Part shown: one piece after another, positions 27,563 to 39,243 of the stretch
Position numbering within the stretch: position 1 is the stretch's first letter
How the letters are laid out: every line of letters starts with the position of its first letter
NCBI RefSeq assembly: GCF_006345805.1
Contig: NC_042997.1
Coordinates: 173,662,001-173,726,000 of the forward strand
DNA: 64,000 bases
From: Octopus sinensis
Taxonomy: Eukaryota
Reading direction: 5' to 3'
Program-made: the position numbers and the translations under genes
The notes under the pieces: generated by a model
The model's input: the letters and a program-made list of their open reading frames with translations, nothing else
Told to the model about the DNA's origin: nothing
Database searches by the model: none

Positions 27563-28249
27563 TATGCATTTAAGTCTGTTATTTATATAATTTTTCATAT
27601 GTCCTGCCCGCCAAAGTTGGTCCTGATGTTCGCTGAATTCTTCCTCTAGAGAATTTCCCTTGTAGTTTGATCGTTGATGATCTTTTTCTAGCATTCTGGC
27701 CGGCTACCTAGCAGGCCGGCCCTGCCAATATACACATATATTTGAATTTTCTCTGACTCCTCAGATTTTTTGAATGCTGGACTACTGGTTTTAAATTAAT
27801 ATTAAAATTAATATTAATTTATCTCCCTCAATTTTTAAATATTTAAATAAATACGTTCCCTAGTTGTAAGCACTACCCGCAGTGAATTATTCACTGCAGC
27901 CCTTCGCTTCAGGAGTCTCTCAGCGCGCCGGAACCAAGACATTTGAAATTTTATTCCCGATGTAATCAGTAAGACTAAGCACGTGTTTGTCTTGACACAG
28001 AGAGCTGGGGTTAGTCTTGCGGTTTGCATCTCGAGGACCGAATGTACTGATGAAGTCACGGACACTTGAATTATGCAAGTAATTCTTTTGTTAAGACCGA
28101 AACCGAGGTATGCATTTAAGTCTGTTATTTATATAATTTTTCATATGTCCTGCCCGCCAAAGTTGGTCCTGATGTTCGCTGAATTCTTCCTCTAGAGAAT
28201 TTCCCTTGTAGTTTGATCGTTGATGATCTTTTTCTAGCATTCTGGCCGG
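27563..28249 (+). mobile_element. Hammerhead-bounded non-autonomous retroelement (retrozyme/Penelope-like), 546-bp unit with 141-bp terminal direct repeat
   Basis: 27563-27703 is identical to 28109-28249. The element abuts a (TA)n tract on the left and runs into the N gap. Confidence 0.7.
28041..28116 (+). ncRNA. Type I (minimal) hammerhead ribozyme motif
   Basis: Stem I AAUGUA(28041-46)/UGCAUU(28111-16); core CUGAUGA (28047-53); stem II (A)GUC/GAC(C) with an internal GAAUUAU-GCAA-GUAAUUC hairpin; GAAAC (28099-103), CGAG loop, GUA cleavage triplet (28108-110). One irregularity: A-C apposition at the base of stem II. Confidence 0.75.
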
Positions 28250-28349
28250 NNNNNNNNNNNNNNNNNNNNNNNNNNNNNNNNNNNNNNNNNNNNNNNNNNN
28301 NNNNNNNNNNNNNNNNNNNNNNNNNNNNNNNNNNNNNNNNNNNNNNNNN
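28250..28349. other. Assembly gap (100 N)
   Basis: Run of N. Confidence 1.
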
Positions 28350-28358
28350 GCTTGTATG

Positions 28359-28406
<48 letters not shown>

Positions 28407-28672
28407 TGACATTTAATTTAAGATACAAATGGATAGAACCTCAAAAATGAAATCAAGTCACATAATGAAATAATTACAAGGTAACAAACATCATTAAAAT
28501 GTATTCCGTTAATTCAGAGAAAGTTGAAAAAAGGTAAATCAATAAAATGGCAGTCAGTGCTGTCATCCGTCGCCATCTTTGTGTTTTCGATTTCCCTTGC
28601 CCTGCAGATATGTTAAACACCATTCAATTCTGTATTTTACATCAGTGCTTCAAGAAAGATTAACAGACTAAT

Positions 28673-29525
28673 GGCGCAAGAGTGGCTGTGTGGTAAGTAA
28701 CTTGATTACCAACCACATTGTTCCGGGTTCAGTCCCACTGCGTGGCACCTTGGGTAAGTGTCTTCTACTATAGCCTCGGGCCGACCAAAGTCTTGTGAGT
28801 GGATTTGGTAGACGGAAACTGAAAGAAGCCCGCCGTATATATATGTATATGTATATATATGTATATGTATATATACGTGTGTGTGTTTGTTTGTGTGTCT
28901 GTGTTTGTCCCCCTAGCATTGCTTGACAACCGATGCTGGTGTGTTTATGTCCCCGTTTCTTAGCGGTTCGGCAAAAGAGACCGATAGAATAAGTACTGGG
29001 CTTACAAAAAGAATAAGTCCCGGGTTCGAGTTGCTCGATTAATGGCGGTGCTCCAGCATGGCCACAGTCAAATGACTGAAACAAGTAAAAGAGTAAAGAG
29101 AGAGACTAATGGCGCAAGAGTGGCTGTGTGGTAAGTAACTTGATTACCAACCACATTGTTCCGGGTTCAGTCCCACTGCGTGGCACCTTGGGCAAGTGTC
29201 TTCTACTATAGCCTCGGGCCGACCAAACTCTTGTGAGTGGATTTGGTAGACGGAAACTGAAAGAAGCCCATCGTATATATGTATATGTATATATATATAT
29301 GTGTGTGTGTGTTTGTGTGTCTGTATTTGTCCCCGGCCCCAACATCGCTTTACAACCGATGCTAGTGTGTTTACGTCGCTGTAACTTAGCAGTTCGGCAA
29401 AAGAGATCGATTGAATAAGTACTAGGTTTACAAAGAATAAGTCCTGGTGTCGATTTGCTCGACTAAAGGTGGTGCTCCAGCATGGCCGTAATCAACTGAC
29501 TGAAACAAGTAAAAGAGTAAAGAGT
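28673..29525 (+). mobile_element. Two tandem SINE family A copies (28673-29100, 29111-29525)
   Basis: Both are preceded by AGACTAAT and share private 5' variants. Confidence 0.9.
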
Positions 29526-29964
29526 AATGTAAATATATGTGAACATATTCGTGAATCAGGAACCGTAAATTAAAAGTGTGTTAGGAATTGTGCTAAATTG
29601 AAGATGATGGACATATACAAAGTTTCGGATATATGCAAAGCGAAATACACGCACAAAGCACATTCTTTGGAATATAATCTTTCAGAATCTCAAATTTTGG
29701 TACAGGCTACCAATTATAGGAGAGGAGCTAAGTCGATTACATCGATCCCGGTGCACAAGTGGTACTTAATTTACTAACACTGAAAGAATTAAAAAAACGT
29801 CGACCTTGATAGTATTTGAATTCGGTACGTAAAGCCGAACGAGATATCTCTAAGCATTTTGTCCAACGTGCTAATGATTTAGCGAGCTCAACCATTTTAA
29901 AACTGACCTCGGCAACATTTTATTTCAGAACGTAAAGCCCCATTTTTATCCCACTCTTTTACTT

Positions 29965-30166
29965 TTTTTCGGACATATTGACTGCTGCCATGCTGGAGCA
30001 ACGCCTTTAGTCGAACCAAATCGACTCCAAGACTTATTCTTTGTAAGCCTAGTTCTTATTCTATCGGCCTCTTTAGCCGAACCGCTAGCTTACGGGGACG
30101 AAAACACACCAACATCGGTTGTCAAACGATGGTGAAGTGACAAACACAGGCAAGCAAATACACACA

Positions 30167-30244
<78 letters not shown>

Positions 30245-30408
30245 CTGACAGGCTTCTTTCAGTTTTCATCTACCAAATCCACTCACAAGGCTTTGGTCGG
30301 CCTATGGCTATAGTACAAGACACTTGCTCAAGGTGCCACGCTGTGCGACTGAACCCGGAACCATGTGATTGGGAAGCACGCTTCTAACCACACAGCCACT
30401 CCTGCGCC
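29965..30408 (-). mobile_element. SINE family A copy, diverged
   Basis: Both arms with an internal (CA)n(TA)n tract. Confidence 0.85.
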
Positions 30409-30859
30409 TGTATAAACTTTTCTATTATAGACACATGGCCTGAAATTTTGGCGGAGAGCCTAGTCGATTGTATCGGCCTCACTGCTCAGCTAGTACTTAT
30501 TTCGTCAACTACGAAAGGATGAAAGACAAGACCGAACTCTGCGAATTTGAATACAGAACGTGAAATCGAATTTCTTTGAAAATATAATGCTGACGAAAAA
30601 TATTACACCATCATCTGTTGAAAGCAAGCTGCAAAGAAGCAAATATTGAGTACTTTATGGTGAAACGGTTTTCATCTCATCGAAGATCTTGTAGTAACGT
30701 TCGAAATGTAGAAATTGAAACTCTGCTGCCAAGCAAGCTAGGTAAATATACGGGTATTAAGAATTTGAAGCTTATAACGGATAGTTCGAAGGATCTTCTT
30801 CCATCTGTTATAAGTAAATGAAATTTGCAATATACAAGACTGGCATTTTTGCTTGTATT

Positions 30860-31092
30860 TGCTATTTCTTTTATTGCCCACAAGGGGCTAAACATAGAGG
30901 GGAGAAACAAGGACAAAGAGATTAAGTCGATTACATCGACTCCAGTGCGTATCTGGTACTTAATTTATCGACCACGAAAGGATGTAAGGCAAAATCGACA
31001 TCGGCGGAATTTGAACTCAGAACGTAACGGCTGACGAAATACTGCTAAGCATTTCGGCCAGCGTGCGAACGTTTCTGCCAGTTCACCGCCAT
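30860..31092 (-). mobile_element. SINE family B copy
   Basis: Full head and tail in reverse complement. Further diverged copies at about 15655-15850, 19555-19770, 29690-29900, 42880-43500, 52385-53145 and 61440-62345. Confidence 0.85.
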
Positions 31093-31444
31093 ATATTTTT
31101 GCTTGTATTTGTAAGAATAAATAACATTATGAAGTTGATCTTTATATATTAATTTACACCTTCTCCTTGACTTACGACCGAGTTCCGTTACAACTGATAA
31201 TTTTCATTCAAATGGGTTTTAAAAATATAAAACACAAAACTTAATCCATAAGTATTATACATAATACGAAAGAAACATAATATGTACTCCATATTTTGTG
31301 GTCGTAATTACGGATGGTCGTAAGTCATATAGATGCATATATTACAATACTTTTTGAACTTTTGTTATTGGGCACCATGTTCAGCATCAAGACTCTCTCA
31401 TCGCTCTCTTTCTCTCTCACTCACTGATTATATATATGTGTATA

Positions 31445-31615
31445 TATTCTTTATTTTCTCTCCTTGTTTCTGTCTGTGTTCCTTTCTGTGGAAGAGCAAA
31501 GGTTCGAAACGTTAAAAATTTTCACTTCCCAAGCGTTATACTAATACATCTGTTTGTTGTGTACACCACCTGTCTTCGTCTTTTGTTTTTCTTTTGTGAA
31601 TTCTCCCAATATATA
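31445..31615 (+). repeat. Short interspersed repeat carrying a hammerhead-shaped motif (second copy 57310-57480)
   Basis: The two loci share TTTTCTCTCCTTGTTT...CCTTTCTGT(G/A)GAAGAGC...TCGAAACGT(T/A)AAA...GTACACCACCTGTCTTCGTCTTTTGTTTTT and both lie next to (TA)n. Confidence 0.75.
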
Positions 31616-31910
31616 TATATATACACTATTATGATAATTATTTACCTTGAACTTAAGTATTCCTGATACTAATATCGTATTAATATATAATTATGTGCAT
31701 AACTCAAAATCCTGACGTGCTACAGCAATTCTAAGTCCAGATTAGGAATCAACGTACTCGATTTAGTATAGTACAACACCGTTTGTCTGGGTAGCAGAAA
31801 TAAATTTTTTTGTTGCCAAGGGAAGTAAATATATAAATTACTAGATAAGTATCTGTTTGTGATTCCGTGTATGTGTGTGTGTCTGTGTGTGAGTATGTGT
31901 GTGTGTGTGT

Positions 31911-31953
<43 letters not shown>

Positions 31954-32165
31954 TACTTCCTAAGAATTTCTAGAGCACTTTTAACTATCTTGGTTAAACG
32001 AATATAGGTGTGCACACCCAGTGTGTCTAATTAACACACATACACACATGCACACACACACGCGCACCACACTCACATATACGCGCGGCGCACATACACA
32101 CACGCACGCACATAGAGACATGCACATACGCACACACACACACGTGTGTTTACATAAATACATAC

Positions 32166-32197
<32 letters not shown>

Positions 32198-32199
32198 AG

Positions 32200-32267
<68 letters not shown>

Positions 32268-32299
32268 GGGGATTTAGCATTCGTATTGTTCCTACTCAG

Positions 32300-32481
32300 T
32301 AGCCATTGCATCGTCCTGTTCATAAGTGAAAGCTTCGCTAAAGATGTTTTGAGGTTGCTCAAGCAAGCAGGCGAGCAAAAGGTATGCATGACTTGTTACA
32401 GAAAATTACCACCCTTATTTTATGATACTTACCTTTGTCTAGTACCCATTATGTGGTCATCCATCGTTGTACGGGTGGATG
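32300..32481 (+). CDS. Candidate exon pair: 32300-32381 (SHCIVLFISESFAKDVLRLLKQAGEQK) plus 32443-32481 (YPLCGHPSLYGWM), 61-nt intron
   Basis: Acceptor CTCAG, donor AAG|GTATGC, branch-like TACTTAC with CCTTTGTCTAG, donor ATG|GTGAGC. Phases are compatible and stop-free; no homology recognised. Confidence 0.3.
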
Positions 32482-33299
32482 GTGAGCATCTAATTGTTCT
32501 TGAATGCAGGGCCTTTATCACGAAGCGTCAACCTGATGATAAGCCATTAATTTATATTCTTTTTCTTTCTTTTATCTATCTGTGTGTCTGTTTGTCTGTC
32601 TACCTGTCTATTTATCTATCTATTTATATCTCTGTGCGTGTATGTAACGACATGTATATGTATTTATGTGTCAATGCGTTTCCATTATGTGTGTATGTGT
32701 GTGTTTATGTGTGTATATTTATGTTTGTGTATATGGTGTATAAGTGTGTGGGTGTATATAATAGCGATTCTTAAACTGTCGAATGTCAAGCTACCATGCT
32801 AATGTAATTGTTTTCTTTGCCTCCCCCATCATAGCCTTTTTTACCAATGAGAAAACAAAACCACCCGTATAAATTCCTTCTTTCTTGGCCTTTTGTAAGA
32901 CAAATTTAAAAGTCTAAAAACCATCTTAATCCAATTAAATATGACAAAAAGTCTTATCGGTTTTCAATCCTGAAGCGCTCCAGGAGATGGTGGGTAGCTT
33001 GCACTCCTTTTAGAAATACTGGCTTATAAGGTATTTTGTTGCAACGTAGATCCCAAAATTGCCCCTAACAGGCAAATCTCATGCTCTATTTCTAAATGAG
33101 AGACAATATTCATTTTATCTACCATTATTTAACATCTTTCTCTATCCAGGTTAAACTATCTATTAAAACTTCATCCCCAGTGAAGAAGATGCCTGTGTAC
33201 ATATTATCTGGGTTTCTGCAGTAGTAACTTCCATTAACTCTGATTCAAGGTCTTTCTTTCTTCCTCATTCTCCCATTATACATCTACTAACCTCTACTA

Positions 33300-33670
33300 C
33301 TCTGCAAACATCTCGAAACATTACGAACCTTTTGGCCATAATCTCCTTCTTCATTGACAGCGTATATGTCATTTTGGTCCCTTTCGACGTCATCCTCGGT
33401 GACTTCAAAGTTCATGACTCCTCGTGGTTCTCACACTCATCCCATAATCCAATACTGATACAACCAGTGCAGAGACCGAAGCTGTTTTGCAGTTTTCATG
33501 TCACGATATCAACGTGTTTCATTCTCTTCTCTAGTCCCGGAACAACTTACAAGGGTGTATATCCCATTCATCCTTGACCTATTTCTCACTTTAAAACTAA
33601 CCACTACTAAGCTGTAACTACTTCTCTTCCAATTGGGTAATCTGACCATTGCCTTATTGCTCTTTTCCCC
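33300..33670 (+). pseudogene. LINE apurinic-like endonuclease remnant
   Basis: Motifs VILGDFKVHDSSW (GDFN-like), ILDLFLT and PIG*SDHCLI (terminal SDH), with stops and frameshifts. Confidence 0.7.
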
Positions 33671-35453
33671 TCATACAACCATTTACTGCTGGAGAATAGG
33701 ACATATAAATATTATTATAAGGTGTAAGGGGAATAATAAATTCGCAATGCACAAAGTAGCTCTTAAAATGTCCTAAAATCTTACGGGGAATTTACAACCT
33801 AAATTCTTGAAGGGAAATAATTTCAAAGGATGTATGTAAATCTGACTTTGAGTGAGAAAGTATTTTACTCAAATCGATCAATTTAACAAATCACGATTAA
33901 CCACAAGTTTGCCATTAGTGCCACATTATACACTAAATGATGAAAGAAGACAATATCTCAGTAAATAGAGTGCATTTTCAAGATTTTAAATTATTTCGGT
34001 TTGAGAGTTAGAATAAACAAAAAGATTTAAACTATGAGGTAGCATACTTGAAAACAGTCACGAAGGAATATTGTATTAACATCAGCAATATAAATATCAA
34101 CTATCAACACTAAAAATGCTATTAACGCTTTGAGAAAGCCACATAATTAGAGATTTAGCAGTTGGATGTCAGTCGTTGATTTTCAACAGAAAGGCACTCA
34201 TTGTAAATTTAAAAGAAATATAGAAAGCCAAATCAACATATCAACTTTGGCATAGCTCGGCAAATAAAATGTAAAATGCAAACACTCGCTTTCTACATAA
34301 CTAAAGATATATTTCTAGTTTAACTATCTATAACACATTAAAAGTCAGCTTGAATCTTGCTTGCTTTCTTGCAATGTTACCCAGCCAAACTGGTGCATAA
34401 TGGAAAATACTATGAATTAAGTTGCCCTGGAATGTTAATACGAACGGAATAAAACAAGTCTCGCGTAAATCAGACAAGTGGTTTTTCAGCTATTAGGGGT
34501 TTTTGGGGTATAAGTATCCAAAATGGTGCATAATGGGAAAATATTCCGAAAATAACTTAATCTTGAAAGGAAACTCTTGCCTTTTGATTAGACACAGTGA
34601 CTTGACAACGAAAAAATACGATTTGTTTCTTACCGTAAATGTTTCTATTTTCGCTTTTAATCATTTAGAAATATTTTTAAGTGAATGTGATTTCAAAAAT
34701 GTAAGTTGTTTGTACAGTAAGTATTTATATTTTAACTTCTCTGTTATTTGTATGTATTTCGTAAAAGACCTGTTCGTAACCTCGGTATGAAATAACTTCT
34801 TTCCATACGTTTTTTTCGAGTGCACTCAACGTATCTCTCCTTTAAAGATTTGGCTGCTATTTCTAGCACTCCCTGCTACCACGTAACAGCGAAATATCTG
34901 TTACGTGGTACCATTTCGATGTCATTCGTTGACAGCATGCGAAATAACCTGGAAAAGAAAAAAAACAAAAGCTCACGAAACTCCGTTGCTGGGGAAACTC
35001 GGGCTTTCCCGGTGACCCAACAGGTCACGGGTAGACTAGAGTGTATAAAGAACTATTTCTAGCTTAACTAAATATTTAGAAACTTTATACCAAGTGTATT
35101 CGCGAAATTCCTTCAAGAATTCATTCTAAGTCCTACGAGGTATTGACTGATGAACAAGTAAATTCAAAGCAGGGATTGAAAGGATGTTATAACCTTTCAA
35201 TTGATAAATCCGTGAAAAAACAAATCCAAAATAACAACGCACTTAAATATATAACGTTATGACTTGATTCAATTCAGCACTTATCGTCGCTGGAATCACT
35301 GCATCTAGTAAAGGTACTTGTTTAGTTACAGTCATTAATAATCTTACAATGAACTGATCACCGACTTCTAACTGAAAGCACAAAAGATATCTCTGAAATT
35401 ATATATTTAAAAAGAAAATGGTGCATTTCTAGCTTATGCTTGTTTTCGAACTA

Positions 35454-35793
35454 CCGTATTTAATCGGGTTGGAAAACAACTCGGGTCCGGCTACGGTTCC
35501 GGCTTAGAGGCGTTCAGCCGTTATCGCTCAAAGGCAGCCTGGCACCACCGCTCTATCGAGCGAGCGCGCAAACCGTTGCTTTGATCCCGCGGTTCCTCTC
35601 GTACTGGACGGGATAGCCGTAGCCGAGTTGACGTTGCAGGCGCCCGCCTAAGGTCGGCGGATTTGATTTTAACTGAAAAAACTTGGGTGCGACTTACACA
35701 GAGAGCGAAGCTAAAACTACGTGGGGGGAAACTTATTTGTACTAAGATTTAACATTAAATTACAGGTCAAGACTTATACACGAGTAAGTACGG
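35454..35793. mobile_element. TA-flanked MITE (pogo/Tigger-like ends) enclosing an rRNA fragment
   Basis: TA|CCGTATTTAATCGGGT ... ACACGAGTAAGTACGG|TA (13/16 inverted match); subterminal GACTTA(C/T)ACAC/GACTTACACAG-type repeats at about 35691 and 35771. Confidence 0.65.
35480..35640 (-). rRNA. 28S rRNA: Large-subunit (28S-type) rRNA fragment containing the sarcin-ricin loop; not a functional gene
   Basis: Minus strand carries AGTACGAGAGGAAC (35592-35605) closed by ATCCCG/CGGGAT, and CTGAACGCCTCTAAG (35503-35517), at eukaryotic LSU spacing. Confidence 0.85.
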
Positions 35794-36592
35794 TAAATTC
35801 ATTGTTATTATTTTTACAAAAAAATTATGGCAAAAAAGATCTACAGTGGGAATATCTGCAGAACAAAGAAGTGCAAATGAGGAAAGAAGATTATTTTGGT
35901 GAAACAAGTCCATAACATAAGAAACTACTTTCCAACAAAATGCATTCCCATCAATAGTCTTTCCATTTATTTATTCTGTTGCTGTAGCTATTTTCCTCAC
36001 AACAAGCAAAACAATATCCTATAACACACTTTCATTGCTAGGACAGCGTCGATATTTGGCATACTTGTTCGGACTATTGAGAAGTTTCACTGAAACTAAT
36101 AACAAAGGTCATTAGTCATTTCAAATACTTCTATTGACATTATGATATTGCAAGATTCCATCTCAATAGCTAAGATAGAAGAAGAGGTTTAAGATCGGTC
36201 CTGACACCTATTTAGTGTGTTGTGCTATTATTAAGGTTGGACCTTCTAAACAACAATACCAAAACAGCAATACTAGACAACAATACCAAAAACAAACAAC
36301 TCAACTAAGAGCTCAAGAAGGAACTCGAAGTGAAATACTCAGTTTTTGAAGATATTTTGTGCGACCCCATATCTTGCCTGATGAATCTACAGCGTGAGAA
36401 ACACTTTGCATCCGAAAAAATGGTTACGCATGGTTACATTTCCTGGAGACTCAGGAATGCTGTCAAAATCAACAAGAGATATTAACCCTGCTGCATCTCC
36501 TACCGTTAAATAAAACTACATTTATTTCTGAAGATAGTCGAAACTTCATTTCCAATAACATATTCAGGCCTTAAACAGAAATGTTATACTCT

Positions 36593-36822
36593 GGCGGCGA
36601 GCTGGCAGAAACGTTAGTCCGCCGGGCGAAATACTTACAGGTATTTCGTCTGTCGTTACGTTCTGAGTTCAAATTCCGCCGAGGTCGACTTTGCCTTTCA
36701 TCCTTTCGGGGTCGATAAATTAAGTACCAGTTACGCACTGGGGTCATATAATCGACTTAATCCGTTTGTCTGTCCTTGTTTGTCCCCTCTATGGTTAGCC
36801 CTTGTGAGCAATAAAGAAATAA
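36593..36822 (+). mobile_element. SINE family B, full-length monomer with TSD
   Basis: Head GGCGGCGAGCTGGCAGAA, B-box-like GAGTTCAAATTCC; flanks GAAATGTTATACTCT (36578-92) and GAATTTTTATACTCT (36823-37). Confidence 0.9.
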
Positions 36823-37039
36823 GAATTTTTATACTCTGTACAACTTCGCAAGAGTTTTGAAACTCTTGCCAAGTTGTACAGAGTATAACAAAGCAGAAGA
36901 ATGCCTTGAAGGTAAATTCAAGTTATTGCAAATAATGGAGTAAATTTTTAGAAAATATAATGTAAGAGCAGAAAATAATCGTATTCCTTAACCCCAATAT
37001 TATTAGCACACACCTACACACACACACCGTTTGGATTAA

Positions 37040-37088
<49 letters not shown>

Positions 37089-37105
37089 CACAGACCATCA
37101 TAAAT

Positions 37106-37167
<62 letters not shown>

Positions 37168-37631
37168 AATACTATATATATATATGTATCAAGTATATAC
37201 AATGCATGTAATAAATATAATACACACCCACATACAGACACACATAAGTATATGTATATATATTCGTATGTGGATAATACATTATGAATATGTACTCATA
37301 TTTGAATACATGCATAGATTTATTCTTTTATTTTTAATGACACTCCCGAGACTCACCTTATAAAATAAGACCTCGTTTATTCAACTTGAGAACTATTATT
37401 CTACCACATGCCATCAATTTTGTTGCACGCACGTAGACTCACGCGCGCGTGCGCGCAGACACGGCTAAGCACTTTAATATATATATCCAAATGTCTGAAA
37501 AGATCCATAATAGAGAGCATGTATAAGAGATTTTCACATTCACCTCTACAGAAACCTATTCAAGACATCTTTGCAATGCATGCGCATAATGCGTGTACGT
37601 ATGTGTATATTGGTGTGTGCATATGCGTATA

Positions 37632-37680
<49 letters not shown>

Positions 37681-37899
37681 AATATATATATGTGTGTGTG
37701 TGTGTTTATATTTGTGTGTGTATGTGTGTGTAGTTTTGTATTTATATATGCATGTATATGGTATCCAATAAAGACAATTGTACTGAATGTTCTGGTGAGA
37801 TCGTTGTCAAGAGGTTACAGGGAGATCGTATCAAAAATGAGTAGCTGTCAACACTGAACACTTCATGTAAAAAAAGACCACATCACCTTGTCCCTTCTA

Positions 37900-38410
37900 C
37901 CACCATCACGACGACCACGACAACCACCACTACCAGCACCACAACCACCACCACCACCAGAGCCGCCACCACAACTGCCACCACCACTACCACAACCAAC
38001 ATCACCCCCTACTGCCATTATGGTTACGACGATGACGACCACCACCACTACAACCACAACCACAACTGCCACCACCACTACCACAACCAACATCACCCCC
38101 TACTGCCATTATGGCTACGACGATGACGACCACCACCACTACAACCACAACCAACATCACCCCCACTGCCATTATGGCTACGACGATGACGACGACCACC
38201 ACCACTACAACCACAACCACGACGGCAACTACCACCACCCCCATCGCTACCACCATCACCATTGCCACCACTTCCACCACCCCCACCACCACCACCACAG
38301 CTGCCACCACCATCATCACTACAACGACCACGACTACCACGATAAACACCATCATCACCACCACCACCACCACCACCACCTACACCACAACCATTACGAC
38401 AGCTACGTGT
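37900..38410. repeat. (ACC/ACA/ACG)n compound microsatellite with a higher-order unit
   Basis: CCAACATCACCCCC(T)ACTGCCATTATGG(T/C)TACGACGATGACGAC occurs three times (about 37997, 38087, 38151). Confidence 0.9.
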
Positions 38411-38801
38411 AACACCAGCAATTTTTAACCTTCCTCTGAACACAATCTTTAGCTCTCTCCCTTTGTGTTATCAGCGATTGCAATCATTATCATCCCCCAT
38501 CAACACTAACTCTTTTCAAAAAAACTTCCACTATAAGTTACTAACACTGTCACCAACACATAGATATCACCAGCACCACCAGCACCACCAGCACCAGCAC
38601 CAGCACCAGCATCACCACCATCAACAGCATTTCAACAGTTGTTTACCACTGCTATTATTCCTGGTCTTATCATTGCCGCAAGTAAAGTAGGAACCTCTTA
38701 CCTCGTCGTCACTGCGAGACGAACAAAAATCTCCTTCAAAACTAACATTAGCAGAAAGCTTGCCACTCACTCGTTCACTTTTACTAACGTAACACCACCA
38801 A

Positions 38802-38857
<56 letters not shown>

Positions 38858-39212
38858 TCAGTCCTACGACCGTTTTTCATGACCCCCTCCTCCTCCACCA
38901 CCAACCTCTGTAGGCACACCAGCCAACGCCAGCATGATATAACCAACATTATCAAGAAAACAGTAACAACTCGTTCTTAACCTCCCAGCCAGAACCAATA
39001 AGAAACAAGAACAAGTACTAAAGCTACAACAACAACAAGAAGAACAACAACAGCAACAACAACAACAACAATAACAGCAACAACATAAACTGCTACAAGA
39101 GCAAGTAACATGAACAACAAAGTATCGGTCAAAATGTCAGCCAACGTTTTCTTCTTACCTTTTGGCAGTAAGAGAAAAAGATGAGGGAAAGAAAGAGATA
39201 GACAGAGAAAGG

Positions 39213-39243
<31 letters not shown>

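Noticed and set aside
36375-36415. CTGATGA...GAAAC motif
   Set aside because: No stem II pairing and no NUH triplet positioned for stem III.
37863-38443. Pro/Thr/His/Gly/Val-rich ORFs resembling mucin or extensin
   Set aside because: Open in several frames on both strands because it is a trinucleotide repeat; no unique flanking coding sequence.
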